NCBI GenBank assembly: GCA_951406725.2
Contig: OX597815.1
Span: 174,902,001 to 174,966,000 of the forward strand
DNA length: 64,000 bases
Reading direction: 5' to 3'
DNA from: Octopus vulgaris
Lineage: Eukaryota
Shown: one piece after another, positions 33,340-47,471 of the stretch
How the letters are laid out: each line of letters starts with the position of its first letter
How positions within the stretch are numbered: position 1 is the first letter of the stretch
Position numbers and translations under genes: made by a program
The notes under the pieces: generated by a model
What the model was told of the DNA's origin: nothing
What the model saw: the letters and a program-made list of their open reading frames with translations, nothing else
Databases searched by the model: none

Positions 33340-34495
33340 ACACTTGGAATTTGGACTCAAGAAGTGTGGAGTAATCTACCTCAAAAGAGGCTTGGTACAG
33401 TCCTTAGCAGGGATAGAATTACCAATTAGAGACTTGATTAAGCAAATTGAAACAGAAGGATACAAATACCTTAGTATACTAGAGTGTAACAAGATATTGG
33501 AAAAAGAAATGAAAGAGCAATCAAGGATGGAGTATTTCCAAAGACTGAGGTTGGTACTGCACTCAAAATTGATTGGATGGAATAAAATTCAAACAGTTAA
33601 TATGTGGCCGATAGCCTCACTTCAGTATGGAGTGGAAATTATAAAATGGCAAAAGAAAATGGATACTAAGACCAGAAAAATGTTGACAGTACATGGAGCC
33701 TTCCACCCTAAGACTGACACTGATAGTCTATACTTGTCCAGAAGGGTGGGAGAAGTTTGATCAGTTGCCAGAACTGTATGGAAGCAGAGGGAAACAGCCT
33801 AGGGTGGTATATAAAAAATGCCATGGAGCCACTGTTGAAATACATGAAGAAGGCCAGCACCATCAAAACTGAAAATTGTGTAACTAAAGAAAAATTTAAA
33901 CAAGAAATGAACAAAAAAAAGAAAAGGCATGGGAGGAAAAAAAGTGAAGGGTCAGTTTGCAACAGATGTGAATGCCAAGATAGATACAGAGGACTGGTGG
34001 CTATGGATGAGGAGAAGTGACCTGAAGATAGAGACAGAAACACTCATATGCACAGCTCAGGAACAAGCATTAAGGACCAACTATATGAAGTACAGAATAG
34101 GGACTACTGACAGCGACAAATGCAGAATGAGTGGTGAGAGGGGTGAAACAGTGTGGCACATCGTTAGCGAATGCTGAAATTGGCACAACACAAATACAAA
34201 TGATGCCATGATAATGTGGCAAGAATGATCCACTGGGAGTTCTGTGGAAATCACAGCCTACAAACAGCAAAGACATGGTATGAACAAACCCCAGAAGGAG
34301 TCACCAAAAATGAGAACCGCAAAATCTGGTGGGATGTAATGATCCAGTGCGATCACCTGACCAGACAACGAAACAGGACATTGTTGTGGTGAATAAAAAA
34401 GAAAGAACATGTATGATTATCGACATAGCATAACCCGGTGACAACAGGATCAAAGTGAAAGAAGAAGAAAAAATAAACCATGACGATTTAAGATC
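33340..34495 (+). mobile_element. R4/Dong-like RLE LINE fragment (RT C-terminus, CCHC knuckle, REL nuclease)
   Basis: EFGLKKC, YKYLSILE, AQEQALRTNY, KCRMSGERGETVWHIVSEC, HDNVARMIHWEFC, DIVVVNKKERTCMIIDIA. Confidence 0.85.
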
Positions 34496-35006
34496 CTACA
34501 CCACCCTTAAGTATAATAAACACCCACTAAGAACTGTTATGATTCTACACTCATCTGTGCTTGTAATAATATATCTTACAAATATCTTATAAAACCATTT
34601 CCAATGGTACCTTTATCTTATTTATTTTTTAATTCGCTTTTGTTATGAATACCTTGACTTATCCTTATTTCCTATCTTTTATCTCTCTTTTTATATCCAG
34701 TACATATTTTATGGCATTCGCAATGTAGAGTTTTTATCTTAGTTTCTTTCTTTTCTTCATTTTATAAATTCTTTATTGAAATTTTATACAAATATTTTTT
34801 TCCTTTAATTCTGCTTTATTTTATTTTATTTATTCTTTTATCTTATATCATATTATTGTATTTTGTATATCTATATACACCCTTATATATTGGTGTAATC
34901 TCTTTAGATTGTAAAGGAGTTTGTAACTTTTCTCTATAGTAACCATGATATAATACAATACAATATGGTATTTATATTTATATTTTATAATGACATTATA
35001 TACTTC

Positions 35007-35052
<46 letters not shown>

Positions 35053-36110
35053 TATTTTTATACCATAATATATCCTTTCAGATTTTTTTATATACATATT
35101 TTTCCAAGGCCTTTAAGTGTACCTGTTACAAAAATATTTATCGTATTTTTTAGCTCTTAATCTTTGCTTTTGATACAATACAAAATGTATACCCCTACTT
35201 GGATGATATCTGAATTTTATTAGATTCATTGTTGAATAGTTTTATCTAGACCACCTTAACATTATGCTAGAAATAAGCATTATGAGGTTTCTTTTTATAT
35301 AAAAGTACCCGACTCTTATGGCTTAGATTGTTCTATCTATCCTTCTTCTCTTACTGGGTCCTTAAATCCTTTTCTAAATTTTAATAGGTAAGTTTTGCTA
35401 AGTTTAAATGCACATTCCTACCTCCAACCCCACCCCATATTCCTAATTCTCACACTTAGATCTCAATATGACCTCCTTTGTTTTCCATTTTAGGTGCGTT
35501 CTAGTTTATAATCATATGTTAAACCACCCCTGCCCCTCCTCTTTCTGGTTATCACCTTGTCTTAATATCATTATCTTACTAGCATCTTCTGAGACATATT
35601 CTTCTATGTAGGTATGGCTGACTTTATGGTCATAGTGAAAAAAGGGTAAGGAAGAGGATCAGACATTAATTCATTTATCACCACCAACAAAAATGGTTTT
35701 AATTCTAAGGGGATGTAAACTACTTGCTATATTGGGTCTGTTGAATGTGATAAGGAAAAAAATGAATGTAGCTATATCACCATTCCTCTTTATTGACCAC
35801 ACACACACACATTATTTCCTTCTGCCTCTCTAAATTATAGTAGGATTTAAGTATTTTTTTTTTACCTAAATTCATTCTGCTACAATAATAGCAGAAAGAA
35901 GCAATGTATTTTAGTCTCTAGTTCTGATGAAAAATTTGCTAAAAAAACTATGATGGAGTATCCTGTGTGTTGGAAATCTCTGTGGTCGTACACATCCGAG
36001 GAGAGCGGTTTCTTTCAAACCGATGTTATGTTTGCAATGATCAATTAAATGGAACTGCTTGAAACAGCCGTAATGCACTGATGCTGGGACATCCTTGTTA
36101 CTTATTTGTG

Positions 36111-36145
<35 letters not shown>

Positions 36146-36514
36146 AGTTAAATGATGATGATGCATTGTGCTTTTTAATTGCTACAAGAAAGATTTTAAT
36201 AACATTCAGAAGTTAATGATGTTGTAGATTTTGTTTTTATTGTTTCTTAAAATAACAAACAGTGAAATTATTAACAAAAGTGGGAGATACAATGGTGTTG
36301 TGTTTTGTGGGTTTATACAATAACAGATTAATTTTATTTGTTGATATTACACAATTTCATTCATCAGCATTTTGACATCCCTTTCCTTATCCTACCAAGG
36401 TTGGACAGGTTAGGTTTCATACAGTATCCTCTCCATATGTTTAACATATATTTATACACAAAACAAATATAGAAAACAATGCATATGTATACATACATAC
36501 AGATATATATATAC

Positions 36515-37340
36515 CTGCATCAACTTGCTATAAAAGCAGGAAGAGATTTTATCATGTCCTTATTCTTAGTGCAAGTTTTGAAGAGTGTGGTTTGATTTTA
36601 ACAATTATTTTTTCAAAACTATAATAGAAGTGACAAAGGAGCATATTCGGCATATTTTACTTTATGAGTTCAATAAAGGCAGCAATGTAATGGAAAGTAT
36701 GAGAAATATTAATGCAGTATATGGGGATCAGACAATAAGTGAAAGCCAGTGTCAAGGATGGTTCCAGAAATTCTGAGCCAGAAGCTACAGCGTCAAAGAC
36801 GAGCCATGTCCTGGAAGATCTGTAGATCTAGACAAGGATGTCCTGCTAACCCTAGTGGAACAAAATCCCATTGCTGGGATTTGGTCATTCAACCAGTCAT
36901 TCAAGTCAGTGCTAGAAGAAGAAAACCATCTTTGGTTTCAAGACAAAAGGTGTTCTTCCATCAGGATAATGCTTGGCAACATACAGCGAGGATGACATTC
37001 CAAAGTTTGGAGCAGTTTCAATGGGAAACAATGCCCCACCCACCATATTTGCCAGACTTTGCACCATCTGATTATCATTTATTTCACATTCTTCAAAATC
37101 ATTTGAACGGAAAAAATATGAATTCTGCAGATGAGGTCAGAACAGTACTGGAGGAATATTTTTCATCACAGACAAGTGAATTTTGGATGAGGGGCTTTGC
37201 AAATCTACCAGATAGATGGAAGAGCATTGTAGATAATGAAGGAGAGTACATTTTAGATTAAAAAAGAACTTTGTTTATCTTAATTTTGAAAAATAAAAGA
37301 AGTATAAACAACTGCATTATTTATGGGCTGGCCCAATATA
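36515..37340 (+). mobile_element. Internally deleted mariner
   Basis: HIRHILLYEFNKG (HTH), FHQDNAWQH, HPPYLPDFAPSDYHLF, GEYILD*. Confidence 0.9.
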
Positions 37341-37387
37341 TATATATAGGCACATGAGTGGCTGTGTGGCAAGTAGCTTGAAATATA

Positions 37388-37780
37388 AGTGCAGGAGTGG
37401 CTGTGTGGTAAATAGCTTGCTTACCAACCACATGGTTCCGGGTTCAGTCCCACTGTGTGGCACCTTGGGCATGTTTTCCACTATAGCCTTCGGCTGACCA
37501 AAGCCTTGTGAGTGGATTTGGTCGACGGAAACTGAAAGAATCCCATTGTATGTATATATATGTGTGTGTGTGTATGCATGTCTGTGTTTGTTCCCCCAAC
37601 ATCGCTTCACAACCGATGCTGGTGTGTTTACATCCCTGTAACTTAGCGGTTTGGCAAAAGAGACTGATAGAATAAGTACTAGGCTTAAAAAGAACAAGTC
37701 CTGGGGTCGATTTGCTCGACTAAAAGCGGTGCTCCAGCATGGCCGCAGTCAGATGACTGAAACAAGTAAAAGAAAAAGAA
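37388..37780 (+). mobile_element. SINE A, full length
   Basis: GCAGGAGTGGCTGTGTGGTAA...ATGACTGAAACAAGTAAAAG; short duplicate head at 37348-37380. Confidence 0.88.
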
Positions 37781-37948
37781 ATATATATATATATAATAAC
37801 AATAATCCTTGTGTTTGCATAGGTAATTACATCAACAATAAGCCACGCAGAAAAGGCTAAAAGGATCAGTCATAAATTGTTTTTAATTTGGAGGGGGGGT
37901 CTTGCTCAGGTATTTGGTTTTCCTTTTGCATGTTTTTAAAATTCTTCT

Positions 37949-38216
37949 TTAAACACATGTTTCCGGTGTAAAAGCCATTTTGGCACTTTTCACTTTACGC
38001 ATCAAGCTGCCAATATCTCCCATACATGTCCTGCGCTTCGGTGAATATTGAATGTAATCAGTTTCATCAAATTCCCTTTGCCTTTTTGGTGAATGAGATG
38101 AAAATTCTGCGGAACTGAAGGTTGACGATTGCAAAGACATTCCTTTCGCTTCTATTACATTCTTGGATGTGTGGCAGTACATGAGGTTGACAATCTCATT
38201 AAGATTCTTGTTAGAC
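37949..38216 (-). CDS. NMNAT: Putative NMNAT terminal exon of the long isoform (88 aa tail)
   Basis: Strong acceptor TTTCCTCTTCTCAG; phase matches the upstream donor (AA+G=Lys); stop-free non-repetitive ORF with SPKRQR, SPKRR and terminal ETCV*. Confidence 0.75.
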
Positions 38217-38325
38217 CTGAGAAGAGGAAATGAAACTATTAGTTGCAACCTTCTCCTTCACACATAAATCTACTCAACAGTGCTTTAGTAAACAATACAA
38301 ACCAATATAAACAATGTATTACCAG

Positions 38326-38361
<36 letters not shown>

Positions 38362-41300
38362 GTATAGATTGTTTGAAGTAGTGTACAAAATTTTATGCAT
38401 GAAGAAAAAGGAGGTAATCGGGATTTGGCTAAAAGCTATTTATTGATTTGTTTTCATGGGTTTTGAAAGAAGGTATTTTGGGAGTTGTTATTTGAAATGT
38501 TCTTTGTCATTTGGAATCTATATGTGTGTGTGTGTATTCCAGGGTAGTGCACAAGACTTACAAGGTGGGCATGCTCAAAACTTGCACTGAAATCCAAAGA
38601 CAGAGAGAACTCCACCAGCACATCCCGTTTTATCTGGAATCTATAAATTGTTACACCCACCACCCACCATTTTCAACCAGTGCACTCAGCAATGGCCTTT
38701 GTCTCTGTGAGAAACCGTACATGCTGCAGCAGCTAGCTATATCTCCTAACAATAAAAATGAAGTGACATTCTCCAGATCTAATCAAGACTAATTTTAAAT
38801 CATTAACAACTGATATTAATCCCATAAATTTTACCCTCACTATTTTCCTTTACATGTGAACCAAACTGTCTTCTTACAACTACTAACGACACTAAATGCA
38901 AGACATTAATGATTGACACCTTACATAAGATTTTTTTCTGATACTTCCATAATATTTACTTCAACAATCTTCTGTAAACTTCCTTCAAGCTTCCATGTAT
39001 ATTATAAGAGCTAATTTGACACATAAAACAGAAACAGACAAGTGCTAGATAAATCTTTTAAGTCTCATTAGTGGTTTGATTTCTTATCCTAATGCATTTG
39101 GTGCTAATAATGTTTAAAATCCTTTATGGTTTCTAGTTCCAGTAGTTGCTCAGGCATCAGAGAAGATACTCAAGTAAACAGGCAGGCTAAATACTGTGAG
39201 ATATGGTGGTGGCAACAACTTGATACCAGTAATACATAATTAAAGGAAATTAAGTAGAAATTGAAGACTTACTTGAAGGTGTTTATGTTATAGAGTTGGT
39301 GCTGGTAAATATAATCTATGACTGGTTCTTGCAAGAGGAATTTCACACTTTCACCACGCCGCAAAGCTCGGCTGCAATAGAATTTCATAATCACAATCCT
39401 GATCCTTTTTATTAGTGCCCCCACCACCACCACCACCACCACCACCACCAGCACAAGACAGAAAGAAAGAAATGAATAAAGGAAAAGAAAAGACAAAGGG
39501 AAAGGGAAAGACATGCAAAAGAACAATATAGAGGAAAGATGGGAGGATGAGAGAGAGGAGAGGGGGAGATAGGTGAAATAGAGAGAGTGAGAGAGGGGTA
39601 GACTGGAGGGGAGAGAGAGGTAAGAGTAAGATGGATAAGGGATAGAGAGGGAAGAGGAGAGAGACAGATTGACAGATAGATACAAATAGTTGTATCATAG
39701 TATGATGGCTGCAATATAATAAGAGATATCCATCTCCTATCAGTTTTTAGTACTCCTCTTTATGGTATCTGATGCTGAAGAGAAATAACCACTCTGAAAT
39801 ACATGCATCCATTGACCTGGTTCTCCACAAGAAAATACAGTGAATGGATTTCCTACGGGGTTTGTATATGTGAGAAGCATATTTGAACTGGTAACAAGTT
39901 TATATTTACATGCATCATTGCTTAGCATTTCTATTTTATATAACAAACAATATAGCCATCTAGAGGGAAGAGAGAGAGAGAGAAACAGATAGAAGGGGGG
40001 AAAGAAACTGAAAGATAAACTCACCGAATCTTTGTAGAACTGATGTCATTTCGTATCCATTCTGGGACAATAAATATATTTTCCTAGCAAAAAAACAAAA
40101 TCCTGATAACTTGAAGTAGAAAGAACAAATAAATGAATAATGACTGGACACACACACACACACACACAATCCAGCATCCAACCAATGTCAGTATGAAAAT
40201 CACATATAAGTGATTTTGTTTGTCCATTTTTATGCCTGTTTTTCCCTGTTGCCATGGGTTGAGTGTTTTAAGATACATGGCTCAATATGGGTTTCCATAA
40301 CCCAAATCTCATTTACAAGGGATAACTTACATCATGTCTTTGATCAAGCTATTTGTTGACAGGAGAGATGACAACAGCAACATAACTTGAAGCTAAGATA
40401 AACATACACACACACACAAATAGCCTTTAAAGTTCATGCCATTTGTGTTCTGTTTTTCTATGTATGCCATACCTGCAATCAACCCCAAAATTGCATTTAT
40501 GGCTTAAATTGGATTTGACACTTACCTATCTCCAGTCTCCTCCCAACACCTGATGCCTTCATCGTTGTTTACCTCACTGTGAACTCTATGTTATTGTACC
40601 TACCATTTCTGGCTTCCCACGTGTTGATGTGCCAAGACTATATTGAATACTGATAACTAAAATATATAACACCTGAGTAGACACTGATAGTCTATATATT
40701 GTTAATGGAAGATTTGGTTATTATGCTGCAGCTGGCCGTCTATCATAGTAGGGTGAAATCCCAGGATCTGGCCATTCTGACAGCCATAGCAGATAATTCT
40801 TGTCTGTCAACAATATAATTTGGAGTGTTCTCATGCACCACTAGTCCTTATTTAGTTCCTCCCAGGGTAAATGACACAGTATTCTGTGTTCTAACACAAC
40901 CTCCACTTTAATTGTGAGGTCAAGATTACTTTTTTAAGTATTAACACTGCACCCAATGCTATTAATTATATAAACATATAAATCGTTGCTTTTTACGATC
41001 CACTGGCAAGTAAAAAGCATCCACTACACTCTCGGAATGGTTGGCGTTAAGAAGGGCATCAAGCTGTAGAAACCTTACCAGATCAGATTGGAGCCTGGTG
41101 CTCCCTCCTCGCTTGCCAGTCCCTGGTCAAACCATCCAACCTATGCCAGCATGGAAAGCAGATGTTAAACGATGATGATTATGTTAAACTGTTGTATGTC
41201 CAAATTTGGCCAAATGCGTATTTTTCAATATTTATTTTTGCTTACAATAACCAGTTCTTTTGATCAAACTATCATATCTCCAGCTGCTTGAGATGCCAAG

Positions 41301-42226
41301 ATATCAAAAATTGTCAAAGTGTAGTACAATGGTTTTGCTATGGAATGGTGAAACTATTTTTTTGTTTTCTGAAAAAGCAAAGTTTTGGACTTATGACACT
41401 TTTGTATAATAGCAACAATATATAGGTTTATGTATTATCATACAAATAACCTTTGACCATCATCTTTGTCCTTTCTTCTTTTCTATTTATTTCACTTCTC
41501 CCACTGTTTCTCTTCCATAAGGGCTTTTATTACTCATTTTTATCTACCATAAGCAATAAACACCTCAGCTTTCAGCTCAATGGTTTCCCATCATTGACAC
41601 TACATTTTTATTAATGAGATCATAATCTACTAAAGCTATTACTTAAATCTGAGTATGCTGATAACAAAATGAAACCATACCCCTATATCACTAAGGTAAT
41701 TGGTGAATAAGCATTGCTTCTTTATTGATTCCAATCTCCACTCGCATTTTTTTCATTTTTTTTTTCTGTTAACCTAATCTTTGCATTCTCCTCTGCAGCA
41801 GTCTAATTTCACAACTAAAAAGTCATAAGTACTGGAGGACAAAGCACAGAGGACAGTTATGGGACACTGGTAATGTCATATATGATGCATCCAATGTGCT
41901 TCTGAAACAACTGTAGGCTTCAATTATCTTTTCCTTCCTTTTTACTTACAGACTTAGTTATTGCATTATAAGCAACATTTGTAACTTTCAAAGAGGAATT
42001 GTATTGCATCTGTCATGTTACTGGAATTTTTTTTGCTTAATCTTAATATGGAATGAGCCATTAATTAATTAGTTTTATTGATCAATTATCAAGTCATCTG
42101 TGTTTATGTTGGAGACTAATAAACTGTGTTTCACCACAACTATTCAACTAAAATTCTTCAAGGCAGTACCCCAGCATGGCCAGTCTGATGAGTGAAAAAA
42201 GTGAAAGAAAAAAGATAAAAGGTACG

Positions 42227-42266
<40 letters not shown>

Positions 42267-42419
42267 AGATGGGCTTCTTTCAGTTTCTGTTGTCCAAATT
42301 CACTTAGAATACTTCAGTTGGCCAAGAGCTATTGTAGAAAACACTTGTCCAAGATGTTATGGAACTAAACCTGAAGCCATGTGGTTACAAAGTGATCTTC
42401 TTAACCCCACGGCCATGTC

Positions 42420-42478
<59 letters not shown>

Positions 42479-45400
42479 CCTCATCATCTTTCTCATAATC
42501 ATTGCCATTATATCATCTAACATCTATGCTCCATGCTGGCATACACTGGGAATTGATCCAAGGACAGCATAGTGTCCACTGTCAGCTTTGATCTGGTTTC
42601 TATGTTTGGATGGCTTTCTTAGTGCCAACCAGTTCACAGCATAGACTGGGTGCTTTTTCTTTGCTACTGGTGCTAGTGAGGTTGTCATCCAAACACACAT
42701 AGGTGAAACCAGTTATTTGAAGTAAATTAAAAAGATTTAATATACTTAAATTAAATATTACACCTGTTTTTGCCTCTTTAATTTGTCTTCAAGGACTACA
42801 ATAATTCTCTAAAGTTTGCATATTTCACCAATTTGTGCGTGTGTGTGTGTGTGCGTGCATGCGTGTGTAGCAAGTAGCCATTTTTAAATAAGACGCCAAT
42901 TTGTGGTAGCTGGCAATATGACGTAATGTCGTATTGCTGAAGAAATATTATTGTCGTTTTTCCATTGGTTAATATAACTGTTCATATATAAATTCTAAGA
43001 ATTAGTAAAGAATATTTGTATGTAATTTTGATTCTTTAAAGTCAAGTTGAGCAGTTATAAAAACCCTGGATTTTGGGAAAAACTTTAGTGTTTGTTGGAT
43101 GTAACTAAACTCCATGACACTCACTCCTTTGAGACATTGGTGATTTTTCATGCCATGTCCAAGGAAAATCCAACAAGTCTTATTTGAATTGTTGAGATTC
43201 AATATTAGTTAGATTAAAGAATTAGATAGTAAAATATATAGTCATAATTCTCTACGACAAAATTTACCTATCTTTCACCTGTATATAATATAAAATGCTA
43301 TATGTATATAATAAAAATTAATTAAGAAAATGTTTTCTCTTTCTTCACGCTCTTCAAATATATATAAAATGTATTTCTGTAATTATTAAAATGTATTTTC
43401 TTATAGCGGTTAAATGAACACAAAAATCACATTCAACATACATTCTCGCTAATGTTCATTAGCGTTCCAGAAAGTATATTTCTCTATGGCGTTTATATAA
43501 CTGTAGTTTGGACTGCGTATAATGATAACACTTAAGTTATAAGTGACAGTTCTATCATTAAACATCCTTACTTTAAAAGCCAAATAATTTTATCTATTTC
43601 CAAATAGGAAACATAATAAGTAGCGTTGCATTAACTGTAAACAAAACTAACTAGAGAATATACACTATAATAAATAACATAAGAGAAGCATGGTTGCTAA
43701 AATCGCTATACGTGCTTGTTTATGTTTATTTATTTTTTATTTTAGACATTTATATTTTTGATATTTTTTTACAATGGGAGAATTTGAATTTCAGAATGAA
43801 GATCTATGAAACATTATCAGTTTATAGTGTTATCTTTATATATATCAGAAGAAAGAAGGTGCCATGAGTGGTTGTACCAGAACAACATAACATCACCGCT
43901 GCTGCCACCGCCGTCGCCACCACCACCACCACTAACAACACCACTACCAGCAGCAACAACAACAACACTGCCACCACCAACACCATCACCATTAAAAAAC
44001 AAATTCAAGCAAAACATTTACCTGGTATTTGTTTAACATATCATTTTCATAAATGAACTTTCTTGGGTCTGAGTTCTCTCGAGTGATACAAACAAGACCA
44101 TATTTGGAAAGTATTTTCTCCAGCTAAGAAAAGAGAAAAAAAAGAATATGAGAAACTGCAATAAATGAATGTATATTAAAAAAATCAAGTCAATTGCTCC
44201 TACACTCTTTTGGCAATGTGCCAAGAAAACGGGGAGGACTTTTTTCAGCAGACAAATCACACAGGATGAAACATGTGTCCATCACTATGATCCTGAGACT
44301 AAAGTCCAGTTGAAGCAATGGAAGCATGATAACTCACTACCTTCAAAGAAGTTTCGTGTCCAGCCCTCAGCAAGCAGGGCGATACTCAGTCTTTTGGGAC
44401 CAATGCGGAGTAGTGATGATGGATTTTCTGGCAAAAGGCACCCAATTAAGAGAGCATATGCTTCTCTGCTGCAGAAATTGCAGGATGCCATCAAAGCAGA
44501 GAGGCATGGCATGCTGACCAAAGGAGTCTGCCTCCTTGAAGACAATGCACATGTTGTCCAAATGAAAGCACACTCCTGTAGCTATGAAATCTTTCCTCAT
44601 TCCCCTTACTCTCCTGATTCGCACCATCTGACTTCCACCTCTTTCCAACCATAAAGTCTTTTTTAAAGGGGAAATACTTTTTGGATAATGAACTTATTTC
44701 CAAGGCAAAGTCTTGGCTCCAGATGCAACCTGCCAACTTCTACAGACGAAGTCTTCAGTTGCATAAAGTGATGGGAGAAGAATGTCACCATTAGTGGTGG
44801 CCATGTAGAGAAGGACTAATAATTATGTCAAGTTTTGTTTATCCCAGTCCTTGGGAAGTAGGCCAAGGGAAATCTTTAATGAACACCCCTCATATATATA
44901 TATACCTCTCCAACACCACCATCCTTACAGGCACTCATCATCATCCTTATCATATCACCAACTCCTTAACCTGCACATCTAGCAACCTCATTTACTGCAT
45001 CTCCTGCCCTTCTCTGTGCATTGGCCAAATGGGATGCCACTTGGCTGACCAGTTCGTGGAGCACCTCCAAGGCATCAGATTTGGTAATGGCATCCTGGTC
45101 TCACACCATTACTGCTCTACTGGTCATTCACTACAGCACCTGTCTGTGTTCAGATTGTCTTTGCACAGGGGCCATCCAGATTCCTGCCTTCACCGTGAAC
45201 AAGAATTAATCTTCTCTCTTTGCGCCACATGGGCTCAACTCTCCTCTGTTCATCTGATACCTACTTCCTCTTCTTCACTCCTACCCACTTTCTCTCTTTG
45301 TTGATACCCCCTCCGTCCACACCCCACATCCCCATTCCAACACCACACCACCACGATACCACACACACTAGCACCGACCACTTTCCAGCACCCACACTGC

Positions 45401-47440
45401 ACACCATCATCTGCACACACACACACATCATCCACACACGCATGCACACATTCACATGTCAAAGTCGCTAGTTCCTGTCCACTAATACACACTTATATAT
45501 TCTCATATACACACACACATGCACCTTCGTTTTGGGATCACCAATACTTTATCATCTTCCCTTCTTTCTACCTCTCCGGTCAAACCTTTTTTTCTCCCCA
45601 ACCAGTCACCATGCTTGATCACTAAATCCACAAGTTTTTTTTATTCTTTCTGTTTATTTTTCTCTTATTCCTTTCCGCTGAAGGGCGTAGGCTCTAATTG
45701 TAAAAGACCTTCTCACTTTCCCATGAAAACTAATACACCTGCTTGTTGTTCATACACCTGTCTTTGTCGTTTGTTTTTCTGTAAATTTCAACTATATATA
45801 TATATTGCATATGTATGAGGACAGCTGTGTGAAAAAGTGTCACACCCTAATAGTGGAGGGAACCTGTGGAAGAGGTAGACCCAGGAAGACATGGGATGTG
45901 GTGATGAAGCATGACCTTCAAACATTAGGCCTCACCAAGGCAATGACAAGTGACCAAGACCTTTGGCGATATGTTGTGCTTGAGACGACCTGGAAAGCCA
46001 AGTGAGATCATAGTCATGGCCGATGCCAGTGTCTCATAACTGGCTCATTAAAAATCATCCTTCAATCATCAGGCAACATGCTGTGCTTGTGAAGACCTAT
46101 TGAACAGAGTGAAATCATAGTTGTGGCTGATGCCAGTGCCAGTGGTATATAAAAAACACCATTCAAGTGTGCCCAATGCCAGTGCCACCTGACTGGCTCC
46201 CCATGCCAGTAGCATGTAAAAAGCACCTTTTGAGTATGGCTGATGCCAGTGCCACCTGACTGGCACCTGTGCTGGTGGCAGATAAAAGGCACCATTTAAG
46301 TGTGGCCAATGACAGTGCCACCTGACTGGCACCCCATGCCAGTGGCATGTAAAAAACACCTGCTATACTTTCAAAATGGTTGACATTAGGAAGGGCATCT
46401 AGCTGTAGAAACTTTGCCAAATAGGATTGGATCCTAGTGCAGCCTCCCAGGTTGCCAGTCCTCAGTCAAACCCTCCAACCCATGCTGGCATAGAAAGCAG
46501 ACATTAAACAATGAAGATGATGATGATACATCTATATTGTAGAATAAGAAATAGAAAGTCCTTGGTACATTGCAAAAAATTTAACAGAAATGGCTTTTCT
46601 GATAATGTTTTCACTTTAATAATTAGATGATTATAAGATATTAAGTGTAAACACCTAATAACTTATAAACATCTAATTATTAAAATAGAAAAATTATCAG
46701 GAAAGCCATTTCTATTTGCTTTTTCAAATATATAAATATATAGTCTAGTGGTAGTCTGTCTTTGGGAAAGTTCTGAGCGTGTGAATCCTCTCAGCACTCT
46801 CTATATGACCTAGGAGGGTCCTTACTCTCTCCTGCCTCTGCAAAGTAGACTACTGGAACTTTGGCTCCCATAGTTAGACTTGGGATAAATACTGGAGCAG
46901 TTTCCTATTGCCTTTTTGAGGCAGATGAGATATGAAGTTAGAATATAAAGAGCTGGAAGATGTAAAGGATTTCTGCCAATGCACCAGTGATTCTTCCACT
47001 CTCTTACTGCAGAGCCACATGAAATGAAATGTTTTGTTCAAGAACACAACATGCCACCCGGTTCAGGAATTGAAACCATGATCTAGCAATCACAAGTGCA
47101 ACACTCTGATCACTTGTCCTTACCATTTTGCCATGATAACCATGATAAAGCATAATTATCAGTCAACAGAACTTGGGTCATCCAAGAAAATTTTTATTTA
47201 ACAGGGATTATATAAAGCCAAGATGAACTTGAATGAATTATAGTCAGATGATGGCTTGGTTGGCTGAAACATCAAAGTCACTGTCAACAGCATTCTTGTT
47301 AAAGAATAATAATTTGTACTCTAATAATATATTGAGTAGATATATATTTAAAATAATATAAATTAATTAATTTTATGTATTGGCTTATGTTTTTCATTGT
47401 TTGATTTGCCTAATAGTGGTTTTATCTCTAATTTAATATA

Positions 47441-47471
<31 letters not shown>

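Noticed and set aside
32761-33340. Possible solo LTR (TG...CA ends)
   Set aside because: No TSD, PBS or second copy seen; cannot be supported
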